A stretch of DNA of 32,000 bases from Candidatus Nitrosocosmicus agrestis (GTDB taxonomy: Archaea > Thermoproteota > Nitrososphaeria > Nitrososphaerales > Nitrososphaeraceae), in NCBI RefSeq assembly GCF_008389435.1, contig NZ_VUYS01000007.1, forward strand, positions 54,391 through 86,390, read 5' to 3'. The position numbers and the translations under genes were made by a program. The notes below the pieces were generated by a model. That model was given only the letters and a program-made list of their open reading frames with translations. It ran no database searches and had not been told where the DNA came from. This document shows positions 27,140-32,000 of this stretch, in pieces; positions within the stretch are counted from its first letter, which is position 1; every line of letters starts with the position of its first letter.

Positions 27140-29281
27140 ATAGATTAGGAAATGCTGTGATATATTAATTTAATAACATAGTGGTTAATACTAACCAGAG
27201 TGATTAATATGGTAAAATATGATGTCTTTACCTGTGGGATGCGGGATAAAATAAACAAAACATATTAGCATACATTGACCATGATTTGAATTTGTTTTTT
27301 CTCTGATTATTAAGGAACTTTCGATATTATCGTATTTATAGGCAAGATAAGCCACTTTTCAGGTGGGAATGGATTCAAAAATTTCCCTTTGAGGGTATAT
27401 CAAGCAGAAATCGATATTAGCATAGGTTGGATTTGAGTGTGACAAAGGTTATTATTAATACATTTTGCTTTTAGTTTTCACTTTTGAGACAAAATCACAA
27501 AGGAAAAGATCCGGATCCTTTTATCAAAGGAGCAGGAATGAAATATTCGTATAATAGAATGTTCCCATTTAGCATTAGCATCATGAATTAAAGGCAGCAG
27601 TCTGGACCAAAAATATAGATTATCGTTATTATTCTAAGGTGTGTAGATTATTAAATCTAGATCTTTGTATCCTTCTCTTTACAAAATGAGATGAGCGTGT
27701 TTGAAAGGACAATAAATTATTCTAAAGGTGGATAGGCACTTTATTTTTTAGGCAAGAAGAAAGTTGTAATTAGACAAAATCAAATATAAAATTGAGTAAT
27801 ATTTTTTCTCTGTATCAACCAAATACAAAATAAACATCTTTGTTATAGAGGGTAAATGATAATGGTAAGCTTTAAATAATATTAAAGCAGATCTATAAAC
27901 ATATTAGAACCTGCAAATAGGTTATAGTGAGAACGGTTATGAATGTGAATATTTGTTTTATCTGTTATGAAAAAGAAAACAAAAAAGTTGTGTCACTTGC
28001 GACACATTTATTTAATTAATTTCCCTTAATATATCTATACTAACTCAGCTTTATAAATGGTTTAAACAAAGATGACAGCAAACTAATGGTATTATTTATT
28101 AATTTGGGTATGAATCACTTTCTTTTTATGTTAGGCCACATAAAAATTCCTACTAATTACTTTCGTACGTAGTACATAGATTTCCTTAACGATGAAGTAA
28201 ATAGCCATTAGACAGTTTTATTTGGATATATCGAATTTATGACTCTATTTTAGGATTTTACCAACCTTCATTAATGTTTAGTCACCGTCATATTCTGACG
28301 ATCATTCTTCAATTTTAAGATACTTTTCTACTATGATGGTACCTTTAAATCGAATTCTAGATTGCAATATGATTTCCTTTGACGTAAACATAGAGAATGT
28401 ATTCTTCCCGCACATTTATCTATAGCCCAACATACAGAACAGACAAGTTCGATATAGGTGAAGACATTTATTTATTCTAATATACCAGAAATGGAGCAAT
28501 ATTTTTTAACAATTTCGTTTACCGGCTGTGCCTATTGATCAATACACCAATACTAATAGTATTTTATTATCAATGTAATAGTATTATTGGTGATAGTTTT
28601 TAACGATCTTTTTCAATTAAAGGTTTCATATTGTCCTTTTATGCATAAAGAAGATAGTTTGACTCCGAATAATTATCTTTTTGAATTTTATCATAATGCA
28701 TTACAATGCTTTGAATGAAAATGTCAGTTATCATAAAGTCTTAAGTATAAAATAATTGTACAAATTAGGAAATAGAATGCTTTAATCAATAACTCTAAAC
28801 TAATGGTTTTGGTTAAAAACGGTGCATAAGAGGGAGCAGTAGATATTGATGATTGTTTGGGTAACGTGTATAATAATGGTACTGAATTTTTTATTCACCA
28901 GCAAACGATCATAAGATCATTGACTTTTGATTAATTAATCCACACGCCAATGACATTACATTTGAAAGATTAAGTTCACAGAATGAAAACAATAGCAATC
29001 TACGGCAATAGAGTCCCAAACTTTCTAAAAGGCGAAAATAGAATGGTTTTGGAATGAATACGATGATTTACAATTTCATAAAGTTATTTTGCCAGTCTAA
29101 ATCAGGCATTATGAAATCGATTTGATAATGACATCAACATCCAGTATGGGGTGAACTTTTATGTCTTGACAAAAATGTATTTTCAGATATCAATAATTAA
29201 TATACAAAAGAGGGTCAATCAATATTTGATGTAGGCATCTTCGATTTCCATTATTGTGGATTCATTACATTTTTAATATCC

Positions 29282-29959
29282 GTGGGAATAAAGTTATTTG
29301 AATTGATCTCTATAGATTTAAAGGTTATTGAGAAACAGGATGAAAGAATAACCATTAAATTTAATAATGTACCTCGTCAATACGTAAATGCAATTAGACG
29401 ATTATCCATCAGTGAGGTTCCTACTTTTGCCATTGATGATGTTGTAATTTTGGAAAATTCTTCTGTTATGCATGATGAGGCAGTTGCACACAGATTGGGT
29501 CTTATTCCACTCAGAACAGATTTGAAAAAATTCTCTTTGCCTAATGAATGTAGTTGCAAAAGTACTCTTGGATGCGTTAACTGCAGGGTATTGCTGCAGC
29601 TGGATGCAGAAGCCAACGAGAAAACCAAAACCATTACAACTTCTGAACTAATTTCTGAGGATGAATTCGTCAAACCAGTTAGTCAAGATATTCCCATCAT
29701 AGTCTTGGCACCTGGACAAAAGATAAAGTTCGAAGCATATGCGAGGCTGGGATTTGGAAGGGATCATGCGAAATGGCAGCCAACTACTATTTCTGTTGTA
29801 AAATATGGAGAAAATGAAAACGAAATCTTTCTAACTATCGAAACTAACGGTGCTTTGACCGCAGAAGAAACAGTAATAGCAGCAATTGAACAGCTTAGTA
29901 AAAGCATCAAAGAATTTGGTGAAACAATTAATGCTGTTCAAATACCCACTAACCTCTAG
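29282..29959 (+). CDS. rpoD: DNA-directed RNA polymerase subunit D (Rpo3)
   Basis: FNNVPRQYVNAIRRLSISEVPTFAIDDVVILENSSVMHDEAVAHRLGLIPLRTD and a Cys-rich loop ECSCKSTLGCVNC. The true start may be slightly internal. Confidence 0.94.
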   Translation: MGIKLFELISIDLKVIEKQDERITIKFNNVPRQYVNAIRRLSISEVPTFAIDDVVILENSSVMHDEAVAHRLGLIPLRTDLKKFSLPNECSCKSTLGCVNCRVLLQLDAEANEKTKTITTSELISEDEFVKPVSQDIPIIVLAPGQKIKFEAYARLGFGRDHAKWQPTTISVVKYGENENEIFLTIETNGALTAEETVIAAIEQLSKSIKEFGETINAVQIPTNL

Positions 29960-30006
29960 GTAAATTTATTTGGTACTTTATACTTTTTTAAGTCGAACAG
30001 CAAGTA

Positions 30007-30357
30007 ATGTTAAACGATACTTTAATTGATAATACGGTCTGGATTTTCCGTAAAGCTTTTAAAAATAATAAAGCCCAGATTTGGAAAGCATTGGAGAAAG
30101 AATTTTCTAAATCTCGTTCAAACAGAAGGTTGATTGATATTCAAAGGTTGGATAAAGTCACAAATAATGGAGATGTGGTTGTAGTTCCAGGCAAAGTTTT
30201 GGGCAACGGAGCATTAGGGCATAAGTTAACGGTAGCTGCTTATTCATATTCGGAGTCTGCAATAAGCAAATTAAAATCTGCTGGCGCCGAAGTTATATCA
30301 CTACAGTCATTGATAAACAAATATCCTGATGGAAAAGGTGTAAGAATAATTGGTTAA
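30007..30357 (+). CDS. rpl18e: 50S ribosomal protein L18e
   Basis: RSNRRLIDIQRLDKVTNNGDVVVVPGKVLGNGALGHKLTVAAYSYSESAISKLKSAGAEVISL. Confidence 0.93.
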   Translation: MLNDTLIDNTVWIFRKAFKNNKAQIWKALEKEFSKSRSNRRLIDIQRLDKVTNNGDVVVVPGKVLGNGALGHKLTVAAYSYSESAISKLKSAGAEVISLQSLINKYPDGKGVRIIG

Positions 30358-30874
30358 AAAAGTAGCTTCTGAAAACAAGAATAAGAACAAGAATAATAAA
30401 GACAAGAATCAAGAGGAAAAACCATCTCAACAAAACAAGTTGATAGTTGTGGATGCAACCAATTGTATTTCAGGCAGAATATGTTCAAAAGTGTCAAAGT
30501 TATTACTTCAAGGAAATAGGGTATCGGTGGTAAACGCTGATAAGGTTATGGTGTCAGGAAATAAATACGAAATTATAGAAAGCTATAAGAAAAGATTGGA
30601 GGTTGGATCAATTGTCAACCCAATTCATGGCCCTTTCCATCCACGCAGACCGGATACAATCATTACCAAAATGGTAAGAGGTATGGTGCCCAAGAGAAAG
30701 TCTAGTGGAATGCAGGCTTTTAAGAAATTAAGGGTATATATGGGTGTTCCAGATGAGTTAAAAAATTCACCTATGCAAACATTTGACGATGCAAAAATCA
30801 CTAGACCAGAATCGTTTTACACATCTATGAGCGATGTAGCAAAACAAATTGGCTGGAAAGGAGTTGTTCAATAA
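30350..30874 (+). CDS. rpl13: 50S ribosomal protein L13 with a Lys/Asn-rich N-terminal extension
   Basis: LIVVDATNCISGRICSKVSKLLLQGNRVSVVNADKVMVSG and HPRRPDTIITKMVRGMVPKRKSSGMQAFKKLRVYMGVP. First ~28 residues are low complexity. Confidence 0.94.
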   Translation: MVKKVASENKNKNKNNKDKNQEEKPSQQNKLIVVDATNCISGRICSKVSKLLLQGNRVSVVNADKVMVSGNKYEIIESYKKRLEVGSIVNPIHGPFHPRRPDTIITKMVRGMVPKRKSSGMQAFKKLRVYMGVPDELKNSPMQTFDDAKITRPESFYTSMSDVAKQIGWKGVVQ

Positions 30875-31317
30875 TGAATAAAATAGATCTATATCCAGGA
30901 CAGAGAAAAACCTGTAGAGCAGTTGCTACAATTGCGAAAGGAAATGGTAAAATAAGAATAAACAACATTCCTGCAGAAGTAATACAACCAGAAATTGCCA
31001 AGGAACTAATTTTAACTCCTACAAATCTAATTGGCGAGCTAAGAGACAGAGTAGATGTAAATGTTCATGTTAATGGCGGTGGTTTTATGGGCCAAGCATT
31101 TGCTAGTGCAGTAGCCATTTCACGAGCATTAACCGGTGAAACAAAGGGAGCAAAGGAACCAAAGGATCACCCATTTACAAAGAACATGAGAGAAGAAATT
31201 AGGAGAAAGATTACTGAATTTGATAGGCATTTACTTGTAGGTGATCCAAGACAAACAGAATCCAAAAAATACGGTGGACCTGGAGCAAGAAGACGAAAAC
31301 AAAAGTCATACCGTTAA
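30874..31317 (+). CDS. rps9: 30S ribosomal protein S9
   Basis: GQRKTCRAVATIAKGNGKIRINNIPAEVI, VHVNGGGFMGQAFASAVAISRAL, C-terminal ESKKYGGPGARRRKQKSYR. Confidence 0.95.
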   Translation: MNKIDLYPGQRKTCRAVATIAKGNGKIRINNIPAEVIQPEIAKELILTPTNLIGELRDRVDVNVHVNGGGFMGQAFASAVAISRALTGETKGAKEPKDHPFTKNMREEIRRKITEFDRHLLVGDPRQTESKKYGGPGARRRKQKSYR

Positions 31318-31377
31318 TTCTTTTCAATTATCTACTTTTGATTTGCTATTTAAGTAGTACAAAATCTAAAATAGAAT

Positions 31378-31734
31378 ATGTCCCATAATGGAATAGACAT
31401 AGACCAGTATATTCTGTTAATAATCTATCCAAGTATAGCATTTTTTGCAACTGGTTTTATTACAAAGAAAATAGAACTTAAAAAATCCATTACTTATTCA
31501 ATTCAAGCAATTATTTGTTTTGGTTTTTCGATTGCATATTATTTTTTTATACCCTATGGCGGGGCACTGGGACTATCAATAATTCTGGGACTATTTGGAT
31601 TTATGTTACTTGTTATAGCGAGAAAAGAAAAGATCTCACCTTCTGATTCTAATAATATGGATGGTATGGATACAAGTGCATCCACAAAGGATGAGGAAAA
31701 GGAAAACAGTCAAGTAAAAGGTAATAAAGAGTAG
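31378..31734 (+). CDS. Small membrane protein of unknown function
   Basis: 118 aa with three hydrophobic segments (YILLIIYPSIAFFATGFI, SITYSIQAIICFGFSIAYYFFI, ALGLSIILGLFGFMLLVI) and a charged tail. Confidence 0.6.
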   Translation: MSHNGIDIDQYILLIIYPSIAFFATGFITKKIELKKSITYSIQAIICFGFSIAYYFFIPYGGALGLSIILGLFGFMLLVIARKEKISPSDSNNMDGMDTSASTKDEEKENSQVKGNKE

Positions 31735-31784
31735 AGCAAAAGCAATTTTTTCAAATAATGATAAAAGAATAAGAAATCAATGAA

Positions 31785-32000
31785 ATGCAATTAACATCCA
31801 GGTTTAGAATAAAAAGAATTGAAAGCATCGTTAATTTTCTTAATGATGTGCATGTTGGAAGATTAGCTACCATTGATGAAAATGGATATCCACAAGTAAT
31901 TCCAATGAATTTCGTTCACTTTGTATCTAGATTAGATACTAGTAGTCGATCTGATTATGCATCAAAGACAAACAATGGATTAGACAAGAAGGCCGATGTA
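31785..32000 (+). CDS. Pyridoxamine 5'-phosphate oxidase/FMN-binding split-barrel-like protein, truncated by the window edge
   Basis: Hand translation: MQLTSRFRIKRIESIVNFLNDVHVGRLATIDENGYPQVIPMNFVHF.... The GRLATIDENGYPQVIPM segment is typical of this fold. Confidence 0.7.
   Translation, partial: MQLTSRFRIKRIESIVNFLNDVHVGRLATIDENGYPQVIPMNFVHFVSRLDTSSRSDYASKTNNGLDKKADV

Noticed and set aside
1-32000. Search for transposases, integrases, CRISPR-Cas, toxin-antitoxin, defence or secondary-metabolite clusters
   Set aside because: No recognisable transposase, recombinase, Cas, restriction or synthase proteins and no terminal repeats were seen in the ORF translations or by eye.

Overview
The window is mostly a core-genome segment of an archaeon. 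The gene content looks like an ammonia-oxidising Nitrososphaeria/Thaumarchaeota member; that placement is my inference from protein content. I recognise: a SelD/PurM-like protein cut by the left edge; pentapeptide-repeat and HEAT-repeat proteins; a double zinc-ribbon protein; an ADP-forming acyl-CoA synthetase; an M20 peptidase; a SirB1/transglutaminase-like TPR protein; a DegT-family aminotransferase; a PQQ-type sugar dehydrogenase; a class II-type HMG-CoA reductase; hisG-hisD-hisC; an XPF-type nuclease; a nitroreductase; a PAP2 phosphatase; the archaeal exosome cluster (SBDS, rrp4, rrp41, rrp42, rpl37ae, Pcc1-like, prefoldin beta); and rpoD-rpl18e-rpl13-rps9. I found no CRISPR array, transposon, or defence or secondary-metabolism cluster, and I do not claim a new biological system. 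The best non-trivial signals are: (1) a tRNA-Ser(UGA) gene apparently broken by two introns, one in the D-loop and one at 37/38, each with a bulge-helix-bulge fold; (2) an rpl37ae gene missing from the supplied ORF track because it has no ATG/GTG/TTG start and seems to begin at AUA inside the end of rrp42; (3) an in-frame 60-bp tandem repeat expanding the Rrp4 C-terminus; (4) a decayed histidine-kinase C-terminal fragment; (5) a truncated his gene set; and (6) a roughly 2.1 kb gap without recognisable genes before rpoD.
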